From: Nemertoderma westbladi
Taxonomy: Eukaryota; Animalia; Xenacoelomorpha
Direction: 5' to 3'
Length of the DNA: 64,000 nucleotides
Assembly: GCA_032718475.1 (NCBI GenBank)
Contig: JAUCBJ010003066.1
Location: 1 to 64,000 of the forward strand
Positions within the stretch are counted from its first letter, which is position 1; each line of letters starts with the position of its first letter. Both the position numbers and the translations under genes were made by a program. The notes below the pieces were generated by a model. The model searched no databases. It saw only the letters and a program-made list of their open reading frames with translations, and was not told the origin of the DNA. Positions 50,001-62,975 of this stretch are shown here, piece after piece.

Positions 50001-53000
50001 CCATGTAATAAGTTAAAATTAAAATTTCCGTTAAAATTTGTGTGAAGTAAATTTTTAAATTGTGGAATTTTAATAAGGTTTAGTAACTAGATTGTCCCTA
50101 TTATGTTCAGGAACTATTGTTCTAAAGTTTCGCTGACTATTTTGTTCTTACTAAATAAATAAATTTGAGTTGGGCTGTTCTTACTAAGTTGACAACCATT
50201 TTTGTTCTCATTAGGTTGGAAACTATTGTCTGTTCTCACTAGTTTCGGGAACTATTTTGTTCTCACTAGTTTCGGGAACTATTTTGTTCTCAATAGGTTC
50301 GGGAACTAATTTGTTCTCACTGGGTTGGAATCTATTTTTGTTCGCACTAGTTTCGGGAACTATTTTGTTCGCACTAGGTTCGGGAACTATTTTGTTCTCA
50401 CGAGGTTGGAATCTATTTTTGTTCGCACTAGTTTCGGAAACTATTTTTTTCGCACTAGGTTCGGGAACTATTTTGTTCTCACGAGGTTGGAATCTATTTT
50501 TGTTCGCACTAGTTTCGGGAACTATTTTGTTCGCACTAGGTTCGGGAACTATTTTGTTCTCACGAGGTTGGAATCTATTTTTGTTCGCACTAGTTTCGGG
50601 AACTATTTTGTTCTCACTAGGTTCGGGAACTATTTTGTGCTCAATAGGTTCGGGAACTATTTTGTTCTCAATAGGTTCGGGAACTATTTTGTTCTCACGA
50701 GGTTGGAATCTATTTTTGTTCGCACTAGTTTCGGGAACTATTTTGTTCGCACTAGGTTCGGGAACTATTTTGTTCTCACTGGGTTGGAATCTATTTTTGT
50801 TCGCACTAGTTTCGGGAACTATTTTGTTCGCACTAGGTTCGGGAACTATTTTGTTCTCACGAGGTTGGAATCTATTTTTGTTCGCACTAGTTTCGGGAAC
50901 TATTTTGTTCTCACTAGGTTCGGGAACTATTTTGTGCTCAATAGGTTCGGGAACTATTTTGTTCTCAATAGGTTCGGGAACTATTTTGTTCTCACTAGGT
51001 TCGGGAACTATTTTGCTCTCAATAGGTTCGGGAACTATTTTGCACTCACAAGGTTCGGGAACTATTTTGTTCGCACTAGGTTCGGGAACTATTTTGTTCT
51101 CACTAGGTTCGGGAACTATTTTGTTCTCACTGGGTTGGAAACTATTGTTTGTTCTCACTAGTTTCGAGAACTATTTTGTTCTCAATAGGTTCGGGAACTA
51201 TTTCAGCTCACATGTTGACAACAATTTTTGTTCTCAATAGGTTGGAAACTATTGTTTGTTCGCTCTAGTTTCGGGAACTGTTTTGTTCTCACTAGGTTCG
51301 GGAACTATTTTGTGCTCAATAGGTTCGGGAACTATTTTGTTCTCAATAGGTTCGGGAACTATTTTGTTCTCACTAGGTTCGGGAACTATTTTGCTCTCAA
51401 TAGGTTCGGGAACTATTTTGCACTCACTAGGTTCGGGAACTATTTTGTTCGCACTAGGTTCGGGAACTATTTTGTTCTCACTAGGTTCGGGAACTATTTT
51501 GTTCTCACTGGGTTGGAAACTATTGTTTGTTCTCACTAGTTTCGAGAACTATTTTGTTCTCAATAGGTTCGGGAACTATTTCAGCTCACATGTTGACAAC
51601 AATTTTTGTTCTCAATAGGTTGGAAACTATTGTTTGTTCGCTCTAGTTTCGGGAACTGTTTTGTTCTCACTAGGTTCGGGAAAAATTTTGTTCTCACGAG
51701 GTTGGAATCTATTTTTGTTCGCACTAGTTTCGGGAACTATTTTGTTCTCACTGGGTTGGAAACTATTGTTTGTTCTCACTAGTTTCGAGAACTATTTTGT
51801 TCTCAATAGGTTCGGGAACTATTTCAGCTCACATGTTGACAACAATTTTTGTTCTCAATAGGTTGGAAACTATTGTTTGTTCGCTCTAGTTTCGGGAACT
51901 GTTTTGTTCTCACTAGGTTCGGGAAAAATTTTGTTCTCACGAGGTTGGAATCTATTTTTGTTCGCACTAGTTTCGGGAACTATTTTGTTCGCACTAGGTT
52001 CGGGAACTATTTTGTTCTCACGAGGTTGGAAACTATTTTTGTTCTCACTAGTTTCGAGAACTATTTTGTTCTCAATAGGTTCGGGAACTATTTCAGCTCA
52101 CATGTTGACAACAATTTTTGTTCTCGATAGGTTGGAAACTATTGTTTGTTCGCTCTAGTTTCGGGAACTGTTTTGTTCTCACTAGGTTCGGGAACTATTT
52201 TGTTCTTAATAGGTTCGGGAACTATTTTGTTCTCACTAGGTTCGGGAACTTTTTTGTTCGCACTAGGTTCGGGAACTATTTTGTTCTCACTAGGTTCGGG
52301 AACTATTTTGTTCTCACGAGGTTGGAAACTATTTTTGTTCTCACTAGTTTCGGAAACTATTTTGTTCTCAATAGGTTCGGGAACTATTTCAGCTCACATG
52401 TTGACAACAATTTTTGTTCTCAATAGGTTGGAAACTATTGTTTGTTCGCTCTAGTTTCGGGAACTGTTTTGTTCTCACTAGGTTCGGGAAAAATTTTGTT
52501 CTCACGAGGTTGGAATCTATTTTTGTTCGCACTAGTTTTGGGAACTATTTTGTTCGCACTAGGTTCGGGAACTATTTTATTCTCACTATGTTCGGGAACT
52601 ATTTTGTTCTCACGAGGTTGGAAACTATTTTTGTTCTCACTAGTTTCGGAAACTATTTTGTTCTCAATAGGTTCGGGAACTATTTCAGCTCACATGTTGA
52701 CAACAATTTTTGTTCTCAATAGGTTGGAAACTATTGTTTATTCGTTCTAGTTTCGGGAACTGTTTTGTTCTCACTAGGTTCGGGAACTATTTTGTTCTCA
52801 ATAGGTTCGGGAACTATTTTGGCTCACTATGTTGACAACAAATTTTTGTTCTCAATAGGTTGGAAACTATTGTTTGTTCGCTCTAGTTTCGGGAACTATT
52901 TTGTTCTCACTAGGTTCGGGAACTATTTTGTGCTCAATAGGTTCGGGAACTATTTTGTTCTCAATAGGTTCGGGAACTATTTTGTTCTCAATAGGTTCGG

Positions 53001-55834
53001 GAACTAATTTGTTCTCACTGGGTTGGAATCTATTTTTGTTCGCACTAGTTTCGGGAACTATTTTGTTCGCACTAGGTTCGGGAACTATTTTGTTCTCACG
53101 AGGTTGGAAACTATTTTTGTTCTCACTAGTTTCGGAAACTATTTTGTTCTCAATAGGTTCGGGAACTATTTCAGCTCACATGTTGACAACAATTTTTGTT
53201 CTCAATAGGTTGGAAACTATTGTTTGTTCGCTCTAGTTTCGGGAACTGATTTGTTCTCACTAGGTTCGGGAAAAATTTTGTTCTCACGAGGTTGGAATCT
53301 ATTTTTGTTCGCACTAGTTTCGAGAACTATTTTGTTCGCACTAGGTTCGGGAACTATTTTGTTCTCACGAGGTTGGAAACTATTTTTGTTCTCACTAGTT
53401 TCGAGAACTATTTTGTTCTTACTAGGTTCGGGAATAATTTTGTTCTCACGAGGTTGGAATCTATTTTTGTTCGCACTAGTTTGGGAACTATTTTGTTCGC
53501 ACTAGGTTCGGGAACTATTTTGTTCGCACTATGTTCGGGAACTATTTTGTTCTCACGAGGTTGGAAACTATTTTTGTTCTCACTAGTTTCGGAAACTATT
53601 TTGTTCTCACTAGGTTTGGGGACTATTTTGTTCTCACTAGGTTCGGGAACTATTTTGTTCTCATTAGGTTCGGGAACTATTTTGTTCTCAATAGGTTCGT
53701 GAACTATTTTGTTCTCAATAGGTTCGGGAACTATTTTGTTCTCACTAGGTTCGGGAACTGTATTGTTCTCACTAGATTCGGGAACTATTTCAGCTCACAT
53801 GTTGACAACAATTTTTGTTCTCAATAGGTTGGAAACTATTGTTTATTCGTTCTAGTTTCGGGAACTGTTTTGTTCTCACTAGGTTCGGGAACTATTTTGT
53901 TTTCAATAGGTTCGGGAACTATTTTGTTCTCACTAGGTTCGGGAACTATTTTGTTCTCAATAGGTTCGTGAACTATTTTGTTCTCAATAGGTTCGGGAAC
54001 TATTTTGTTCTCAATAGGTTCGTGAACTATTTTGTTCTCACTAGGTTCGGGAACTATTTTGTTCTCGCTAGGTTTGGGGACTATTTTGTTCTCACTAGGT
54101 TCGGGAACTATTTTGTTCTCATTAGGTTCGGGAACTATTTTGTTCTCTCTAGGTTTGGGAACTATGTTGTTCTCACTATGTTCGGGAACTATTTTGTTCT
54201 CAATAGGTTCGGGAACTATTTTGTTCTCACTAGGTTCTGGAACTATTTTGTTCTCACTAGGTTCGGGAACTATTTTTGTTCTCACTAGTTTCGGAAACTA
54301 TTTTGTTCTCAATAGATTCGGGAACTATTTCAGCTCACATGTTGACAACAATTTTTGTTCTCAATAGGTTGGAATCTATTTTTGTTCGCACTAGTTTCGG
54401 GAACTATTTTGTTCGCACTATGTTCGGGAACTATTTTGTTCTCACGAGGTTGGAAACTATTTTTGTTCTCACTAGTTTCGGAAACTATTTTGTTCTCAAT
54501 AGATTCGGGAACTATTTCAGCTCACATGTTGACAACAATTTTTGTTCTCAATAGGTTGGAAACTATTGTTTATTCGTTCTAGTTTCGGGAACTGTTTTGT
54601 TCTCACTAGGTTCGGGAACTATTTTGTTTTCAATAGGTTCGGGAACTATTTTGTTCTCACTAGGTTCGGGAACTATTTTGTTCTCAATAGGTTCGTGAAC
54701 TATTTTGTTCTCAATAGGTTCGGGAACTATTTTGTTCTCAATAGGTTCGTGAACTATTTTGTTCTCACTAGGTTCGGGAACTATTTTGTTCTCACTAGGT
54801 TTGGGGACTATTTTGTTCTCACTAGGTTCGGGAACTATTTTGTTCTCATTAGGTTCGGGAACTATTTTGTTCTCTCTAGGTTTGGGAACTATGTTGTTCT
54901 CACTATGTTCGGGAACTATTTTGTTCTCACTAGGTTCTGGAACTATTTTGTTCTCACTAGGTTCGGGAACTATTTTTGTTCTCACTAGTTTCGGAAACTA
55001 TTTTGTTCTCAATAGATTCGGGAACTATTTCAGCTCACATGTTGACAACAATTTTTGTTCTCAATAGGTTGGAAACTATTGTTTATTCGTTCTAGTTTCG
55101 GGAACTGTTTTGTTCTCACTAGGTTCGGGAACTATTTTGTTTTCAATAGGTTCGGGAACTATTTTGTTCTCACTAGGTTCGGGAACTATTTTGTTCTCAA
55201 TAGGTTCGTGAACTATTTTGTTCTCAATAGGTTCGGGAACTATTTTGTTCTTAATAGGTTCGTGAACTATTTTGTTCTCACTAGGTTCGGGAACTATTTT
55301 GTTCTCACTAGGTTTGGGGACTATTTTGTTCTCACTAGGTTCGGGAACTATTTTGTTCTCATTAGGTTCGGGAACTATTTTGTTCTCTCTAGGTTTGGGA
55401 ACTATGTTGTTCTCACTATGTTCGGGAACTATTTTGTTCTCACTAGGTTCTGGAACTATTTTGTTCTCACTAGGTTTGGGATCTATTTTGTTCTCACTAG
55501 GTTCGGGAACTATTTTGTTCTCACTAGGTTTGGGAACTATTTTGTTCTCACTAGGTTCGGGAACTATTTTCATCTCAATAGGTTCGGGAACTATTTTGTT
55601 CTCACTAGGTTGGGGAACTATTTTGTTCCCTATAGGTACGGGATCTATTTTGTTCTCACTAGGTTCGAGAACTATTTTGTTCTCACTACGTTCGGGAACT
55701 ATTTTATTCTCAATAGGTTCGGGAACGAGCGCTTATTGTGTGGGAAAGTTGGGAGGCATTAGAGGAGGCCAAGGAAAAACAAACAGAAAATCGACAGGAA
55801 TTGAAACAGAAAAAATTTGACAAAAAATTAAAAG
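43867..55834 (+). CDS. XPA: DNA repair protein XPA, 3'-incomplete. Exons 43867-44084, 44454-44711, 46370-46529, 55717-55834
   Basis: [12 protein letters not shown]4 zinc finger [85 protein letters not shown]...[10 protein letters not shown]. Intron phases are consistent. The start could be the ATG at 43867 or at 43876. Confidence 0.95.
44454..44711 (+). CDS. XPA: XPA exon 2 (ERCC1-binding-like motif and zinc finger)
   Basis: tttttag|...[12 protein letters not shown]...CLEC...CDGC(R)|gtaata. Confidence 0.93.
44740..46312. repeat. 22-bp satellite, about 70 diverged copies, in XPA intron 2
   Basis: Unit GGGACGTTATGACCGTTATTTA, with 24-bp variants. Confidence 0.92.
46370..46529 (+). CDS. XPA: XPA exon 3
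   Basis: cttctag|(R)[53 protein letters not shown]|gtattt. Confidence 0.95.
47252..49102. repeat. 23-bp satellite, about 80 copies, in XPA intron 3
   Basis: Unit CTAATAATGCGTACTGTATGTAG. Confidence 0.95.
49468..49767. mobile_element. PIF/Harbinger-type MITE (300 bp)
   Basis: TIR AGGCCATGATACACCACAGGAGCGGCGAGCGGC, TAA target duplication on both sides, short internal tandem duplication. Confidence 0.8.
50195..55726 (+). repeat. 27-bp satellite, about 200 copies, ending in XPA exon 4; unit is the 3' splice site plus the first 10 nt of exon 4
   Basis: Unit TATTTTGTTCTCACTAG|GTTCGGGAAC, compared with the true junction TATTTTATTCTCAATAG|GTTCGGGAACGAGCG. Degenerate copies extend to about 50100. 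Confidence 0.96.
55717..55834 (+). CDS. XPA: XPA exon 4
   Basis: [39 protein letters not shown]|gttaga. Not in the ORF track in this frame. Confidence 0.93.
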
Positions 55835-56102
55835 GTTAGAGTTGAATAATTACTGACTATTAACAGGTATAGGTAGGTATAGTACTACTTCATCAGTATT
55901 ATTTGTTAATGTTGTTACTTTTTTTTGTCTTATCCTATTGTTTACGCTGCTCATAAAAAGTTTAGTGTTTCCGATTCCGATAGCTATACTTTGTTGTTCC
56001 GGCCACGGTTAGGTTATTATGTCCTGCTGGTCCAGGATATGTTGACATCTACTGAACCAATAGTGAATATAATAAGTGGTAATAGTAGCAAATAATTAAT
56101 TG

Positions 56103-56900
56103 TACTACTACTACTGGGTCGAGAGAGCTCGGACAGCGGAAATGAGATCCTTCCAGGCTTCCCGATTCTCCATAGTTGTCGCAATTTCGTTTCTCCCAAG
56201 TTCAGTATCCCTTTCAAGTTGATCTATATATGTTATGGCCGGTCGTCCACGACTACGCTTTCCATGAGTTGGTTGCCAGAAAAGTAGATCTGGTATGACC
56301 TCGTCTTTACTTCGCCAGCAGTGCCCACTGAATCTTAATCTGCGTTCACGGAGGGTGGTTGATACAGGTGGTATTGTACCATAAAGCTCGGCGTTTGTCA
56401 TGTGTTGTCTCCAGCTGATGTTTAGGGCTGCCTTTAGTAGTCTTGTGTAGCAACCATCAATTCGTTGTTCAAGTGATTTAGTCAGTGTCCAGGTCTCACC
56501 CCCATATAAAAATACACTTTCCACTGTGGCTCGAAAGAACTTAGTCTCCAGGTGCCTGGAGAGATCTGATTTCCAGATGGTATCCATTTTTGATAGAGCT
56601 TGTTGTTTGTTGATTAATATCAATGGTTGTCAAGTTTCCATCAACATTAAAGGTCATGAATTCGGTCTTGGTAGCATTTATATGCAATCCAACCTCCTTA
56701 GCAGCCCTCTCCACTTTATTTAGTAGAAGCTGTGCATCTGCTAGCGTATTAGAGAGCAGGGCGATGTCATCCGCAAAGTCGGTGTCTGTGACTGTAGTTG
56801 CCGGATATCTACTACTTCTGCGTTCTTTTAGTGTGAATCCCAGGTCTTCACCCATTGTGGCCGTCCTCATTGCGTAATCCACCAGAACAATTACAAATAG
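56103..56900 (-). mobile_element. 5'-truncated RTE-like non-LTR retrotransposon (LINE) fragment, antisense within XPA intron 4
   Basis: RT motif DTDFADDIALL, KEVGLHINATKTEFM, ATVESVFLYGGETWTLT, RERRLRFSGHCWR, RGRP. Frameshift/deletion near 56600-56620. (AGT)n tail right after the stop. Confidence 0.88.
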
Positions 56901-57139
56901 TAATGTTGATAATGTGTCACATATCAGTGCCCATGATTAGATTGGGAAGGTTCTTTGACTTAATTCCTTCATAATTTGATACAGAATAGAACAAATAGTG
57001 CAATTTGAAAAAAAACGCAATTGTTTAAATCCGGAGCGTTTCGTATAATCATATAAATCTTCAGCGAAATAGACGACAAGGTAGACCTAGTCGTTTGGGA
57101 GGGAACAAAGAGCCATACAAGGCCACAACTACAACCAAG

Positions 57140-60100
57140 ACAAACTGAATCCACTTCTATAGGTTCAGTTACACCAAACTGAATCCACTTCTATAGGTTC
57201 AGTTACACCAAACTGAATCCACTACTATAGGTTCAGTTACACCAAACTGAATCCACTACTATAGGTTCAGTTACACCAAACTGAATCCACTTCTATAGGT
57301 TCAGTTACACCAAACTGAATCCACTACTATAGGTTCAGTTACACCAAACTGAATCCACTTCTATAGGTTCAGTTACACCAAACTGAATCCACTACTATAG
57401 GTTCAGTTACACCAAACTGAATCCACTACTATAGGTTCAGTTACACCAAACTGAATCCACTTCTATAGGTTCAGTTACACCAAACTGAATCCACTACTAT
57501 AGGTTCAGTTACACCAAACTGAATCCACTACTATAGGTTCAGTTACACCAAACTGAATCCACTTCTATAGGTTCAGTTACACCAAACTGAATCCACTACT
57601 ATAGGTTCAGTTACACCAAACTGAATCCACTACTATAGGTTCAGTTACACCAAACTGAATCCACTACTATAGGTTCAGTTACACCAAACTGAATCCACTT
57701 CTATAGGTTCAGTTACACCAAACTGAATCCACTACTATAGGTTCAGTTACACCAAACTGAATCCACTACTATAGGTTCAGTTACACCAAACTGAATCCAC
57801 TTCTATAGGTTCAGTTACACCAAACTGAATCCACTACTATAGGTTCAGTTACACCAAACTGAATCCACTACTATAGGTTCAGTTACACCAAACTGAATCC
57901 ACTACTATAGGTTCAGTTACACCAAACTCAATCCACTACTATAGGTTCAGTTACACCAAACTGAATCCACTACTATAGGTTCAGTTACACCAAACTCAAT
58001 CCACTACTATAGGTTCAGTTACACCAAACTGAATCCACTACTATAGGTTCAGTTACACCAAACTCAATCCACTACTATAGGTTCAGTTACACCAAACTGA
58101 ATCCACTACTATAGGTTCAGTTACACCAAACTGAATCCACTACTATAGGTTCAGTTACACCAAACTCAATCCACTACTATAGGTTCAGTTACACCAAACT
58201 CAATCCACTACTATAGGTTCAGTTACACCAAACTGAATCCACTACTATAGGTTCAGTTACACCAAACTGAATCCACTACTATAGGTTCAGTTACACCAAA
58301 CTCAATCCACTACTATAGGTTCAGTTACACCAAACTCAATCCACTACTATAGGTTCAGTTACACCAAACTGAATCCACTACTATAGGTTCAGTTACACCA
58401 AACTCAATCCACTACTATAGGTTCAGTTACACCAAACTGAATCCACTACTATAGGTTCAGTTACACCAAACTCAATCCACTACTATAGGTTCAGTTACAC
58501 CAAACTGAATCCACTTCTATAGGTTCAGTTACACCAAACTGAATCCACTACTATAGGTTCAGTTACACCAAACTCAATCCACTACTATAGGTTCAGTTAC
58601 ACCAAACTGAATCCACTACTATAGGTTCAGTTACACCAAACTGAATCCACTACTATAGGTTCAGTTACACCAAACTAAATCCACTACTATAGGTTCAGTT
58701 ACACCAAACTGAATCCACTACTATAGGTTCAGTTACACCAAACTGAATCCACTACTATAGGTTCAGTTACACCAAACTCAATCCACTACTATAGGTTCAG
58801 TTACACCAAACTGAATCCACTACTATAGGTTCAGTTACACCAAACTGAATCCACTACTATAGGTTCAGTTACACCAAACTGAATCCACTACTATAGGTTC
58901 AGTTACACCAAACTCAATCCACTACTATAGGTTCAGTTACACCAAACTGAATCCACTACTATAGGTTCAGTTACACCAAACTGAATCCACTACTATAGGT
59001 TCAGTTACACCAAACTGAATCCACTACTATAGGTTCAGTTACACCAAACTCAATCCACTACTATAGGTTCAGTTACACCAAACTGAATCCACTACTATAG
59101 GTTCAGTTACACCAAACTGAATCCACTACTATAGGTTCAGTTACACCAAACTCAATCCACTACTATAGGTTCAGTTACACCAAACTCAATCCACTACTAT
59201 AGGTTCAGTTACACCAAACTCAATCCACTACTATAGGTTCAGTTACACCAAACTAAATCCACTACTATAGGTTCAGTTACACCAAACTGAATCCACTACT
59301 ATAGGTTCAGTTACACCAAACTGAATCCACTACTATAGGTTCAGTTACACCAAACTGAATCCACTACTATAGGTTCAGTTACACCAAACTCAATCCACTA
59401 CTATAGGTTCAGTTACACCAAACTGAATCCACTACTATAGGTTCAGTTACACCAAACTGAATCCACTACTATAGGTTCAGTTACACCAAACTGAATCCAC
59501 TACTATAGGTTCAGTTACACCAAACTGAATCCACTACTATAGGTTCAGTTACACCAAACTGAATCCACTACTATAGGTTCAGTTACACCAAACTCAATCC
59601 ACTACTATAGGTTCAGTTACACCAAACTGAATCCACTACTATAGGTTCAGTTACACCAAACTGAATCCACTACTATAGGTTCAGTTACACCAAACTGAAT
59701 CCACTACTATAGGTTCAGTTACACCAAACTCAATCCACTACTATAGGTTCAGTTACACCAAACTGAATCCACTACTATAGGTTCAGTTACACCAAACTGA
59801 ATCCACTACTATAGGTTCAGTTACACCAAACTCAATCCACTACTATAGGTTCAGTTACACCAAACTGAATCCACTACTATAGGTTCAGTTACACCAAACT
59901 GAATCCACTACTATAGGTTCAGTTACACCAAACTCAATCCACTACTATAGGTTCAGTTACACCAAACTGAATCCACTACTATAGGTTCAGTTACACCAAA
60001 CTCAATCCACTACTATAGGTTCAGTTACACCAAACTGAATCCACTACTATAGGTTCAGTTACACCAAACTGAATCCACTACTATAGGTTCAGTTACACCA

Positions 60101-62751
60101 AACTCAATCCACTACTATAGGTTCAGTTACACCAAACTCAATCCACTACTATAGGTTCAGTTACACCAAACTGAATCCACTACTATAGGTTCAGTTACAC
60201 CAAACTGAATCCACTACTATAGGTTCAGTTACACCAAACTCAATCCACTACTATAGGTTCAGTTACACCAAACTCAATCCACTACTATAGGTTCAGTTAC
60301 ACCAAACTGAATCCACTACTATAGGTTCAGTTACACCAAACTGAATCCACTACTATAGGTTCAGTTACACCAAACTGAATCCACTACTATAGGTTCAGTT
60401 ACACCAAACTCAATCCACTACTATAGGTTCAGTTACACCAAACTGAATCCACTACTATAGGTTCAGTTACACCAAACTGAATCCACTACTATAGGTTCAG
60501 TTACACCAAACTCAATCCACTACTATAGGTTCAGTTACACCAAACTGAATCCACTACTATAGGTTCAGTTACACCAAACTGAATCCACTACTATAGGTTC
60601 AGTTACACCAAACTGAATCCACTACTATAGGTTCAGTTACACCAAACTGAATCCACTACTATAGGTTCAGTTACACCAAACTGAATCCACTACTATAGGT
60701 TCAGTTACACCAAACTCAATCCACTACTATAGGTTCAGTTACACCAAACTGAATCCACTACTATAGGTTCAGTTACACCAAACTGAATCCACTACTATAG
60801 GTTCAGTTACACCAAACTGAATCCACTACTATAGGTTCAGTTACACCAAACTCAATCCACTACTATAGGTTCAGTTACACCAAACTGAATCCACTACTAT
60901 AGGTTCAGTTACACCAAACTGAATCCACTACTATAGGTTCAGTTACACCAAACTGAATCCACTACTATAGGTTCAGTTACACCAAACTCAATCCACTACT
61001 ATAGGTTCAGTTACACCAAACTGAATCCACTACTATAGGTTCAGTTACACCAAACTGAATCCACTACTATAGGTTCAGTTACACCAAACTGAATCCACTA
61101 CTATAGGTTCAGTTACACCAAACTCAATCCACTACTATAGGTTCAGTTACACCAAACTCAATCCACTACTATAGGTTCAGTTACACCAAACTGAATCCAC
61201 TACTATAGGTTCAGTTACACCAAACTGAATCCACTACTATAGGTTCAGTTACACCAAACTGAATCCACTACTATAGGTTCAGTTACACCAAACTGAATCC
61301 ACTACTATAGGTTCAGTTACACCAAACTGAATCCACTACTATAGGTTCAGTTACACCAAACTGAATCCACTACTATAGGTTCAGTTACACCAAACTCAAT
61401 CCACTACTATAGGTTCAGTTACACCAAACTCAATCCACTACTATAGGTTCAGTTACACCAAACTGAATCCACTACTATAGGTTCAGTTACACCAAACTGA
61501 ATCCACTACTATAGGTTCAGTTACACCAAACTGAATCCACTACTATAGGTTCAGTTACACCAAACTCAATCCACTACTATAGGTTCAGTTACACCAAACT
61601 CAATCCACTACTATAGGTTCAGTTACACCAAACTGAATCCACTACTATAGGTTCAGTTACACCAAACTGAATCCACTACTATAGGTTCAGTTACACCAAA
61701 CTGAATCCACTACTATAGGTTCAGTTACACCAAACTCAATCCACTACTATAGGTTCAGTTACACCAAACTGAATCCACTACTATAGGTTCAGTTACACCA
61801 AACTGAATCCACTACTATAGGTTCAGTTACACCAAACTCAATCCACTACTATAGGTTCAGTTACACCAAACTGAATCCACTACTATAGGTTCAGTTACAC
61901 CAAACTGAATCCACTACTATAGGTTCAGTTACACCAAACTGAATCCACTACTATAGGTTCAGTTACACCAAACTGAATCCACTACTATAGGTTCAGTTAC
62001 ACCAAACTCAATCCACTACTATAGGTTCAGTTACACCAAACTAAATCCACTACTATAGGTTCAGTTACACCAAACTGAATCCACTACTATAGGTTCAGTT
62101 ACACCAAACTGAATCCACTACTATAGGTTCAGTTACACCAAACTCAATCCACTACTATAGGTTCAGTTACACCAAACTGAATCCACTACTATAGGTTCAG
62201 TTACACCAAACTGAATCCACTACTATAGGTTCAGTTACACCAAACTGAATCCACTACTATAGGTTCAGTTACACCAAACTCAATCCACTACTATAGGTTC
62301 AGTTACACCAAACTCAATCCACTACTATAGGTTCAGTTACACCAAACTCAATCCACTACTATAGGTTCAGTTACACCAAACTGAATCCACTACTATAGGT
62401 TCAGTTACACCAAACTGAATCCACTACTATAGGTTCAGTTACACCAAACTGAATCCACTACTATAGGTTCAGTTACACCAAACTCAATCCACTACTATAG
62501 GTTCAGTTACACCAAACTGAATCCACTACTATAGGTTCAGTTACACCAAACTGAATCCACTACTATAGGTTCAGTTACACCAAACTGAATCCACTACTAT
62601 AGGTTCAGTTACACCAAACTGAATCCACTACTATAGGTTCAGTTACACCAAACTGAATCCACTACTATAGGTTCAGTTACACCAAACTGAATCCACTACT
62701 ATAGGTTCAGTTACACCAAACTGAATCCACTACCATAGGTTCAGTTACACC
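57140..62751. repeat. 34-bp satellite, about 165 highly homogeneous copies, in XPA intron 4
   Basis: Unit CCAAACTGAATCCACTACTATAGGTTCAGTTACA, with internal stem AACTGAA...TTCAGTT. Confidence 0.97.
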
Positions 62752-62975
62752 AGAGCCCGAGTTAGTACATTAATTTATTATGAGGTAACGAATTAGGGTT
62801 TTTCTGGTCTGGTACATTTAGACAGTAAAAGCATTAACCTATATTGTGCATATTATTACTATACCCAACTACAACTCTAAGAATATCTAAGAATCGTAGC
62901 GGTGGAGGTTCAAATCCCAGTAACAGCTATTGAGATTTCGGACGATCTTACAAAGTCTTCGATAGTTATGAAATC

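Noticed and set aside
50223-55700. Long repetitive ORFs on both strands ([27 protein letters not shown])
   Set aside because: By-product of a 27-bp unit that is stop-free in some frames. The region is XPA intron 3 and there are no unique flanking domains.
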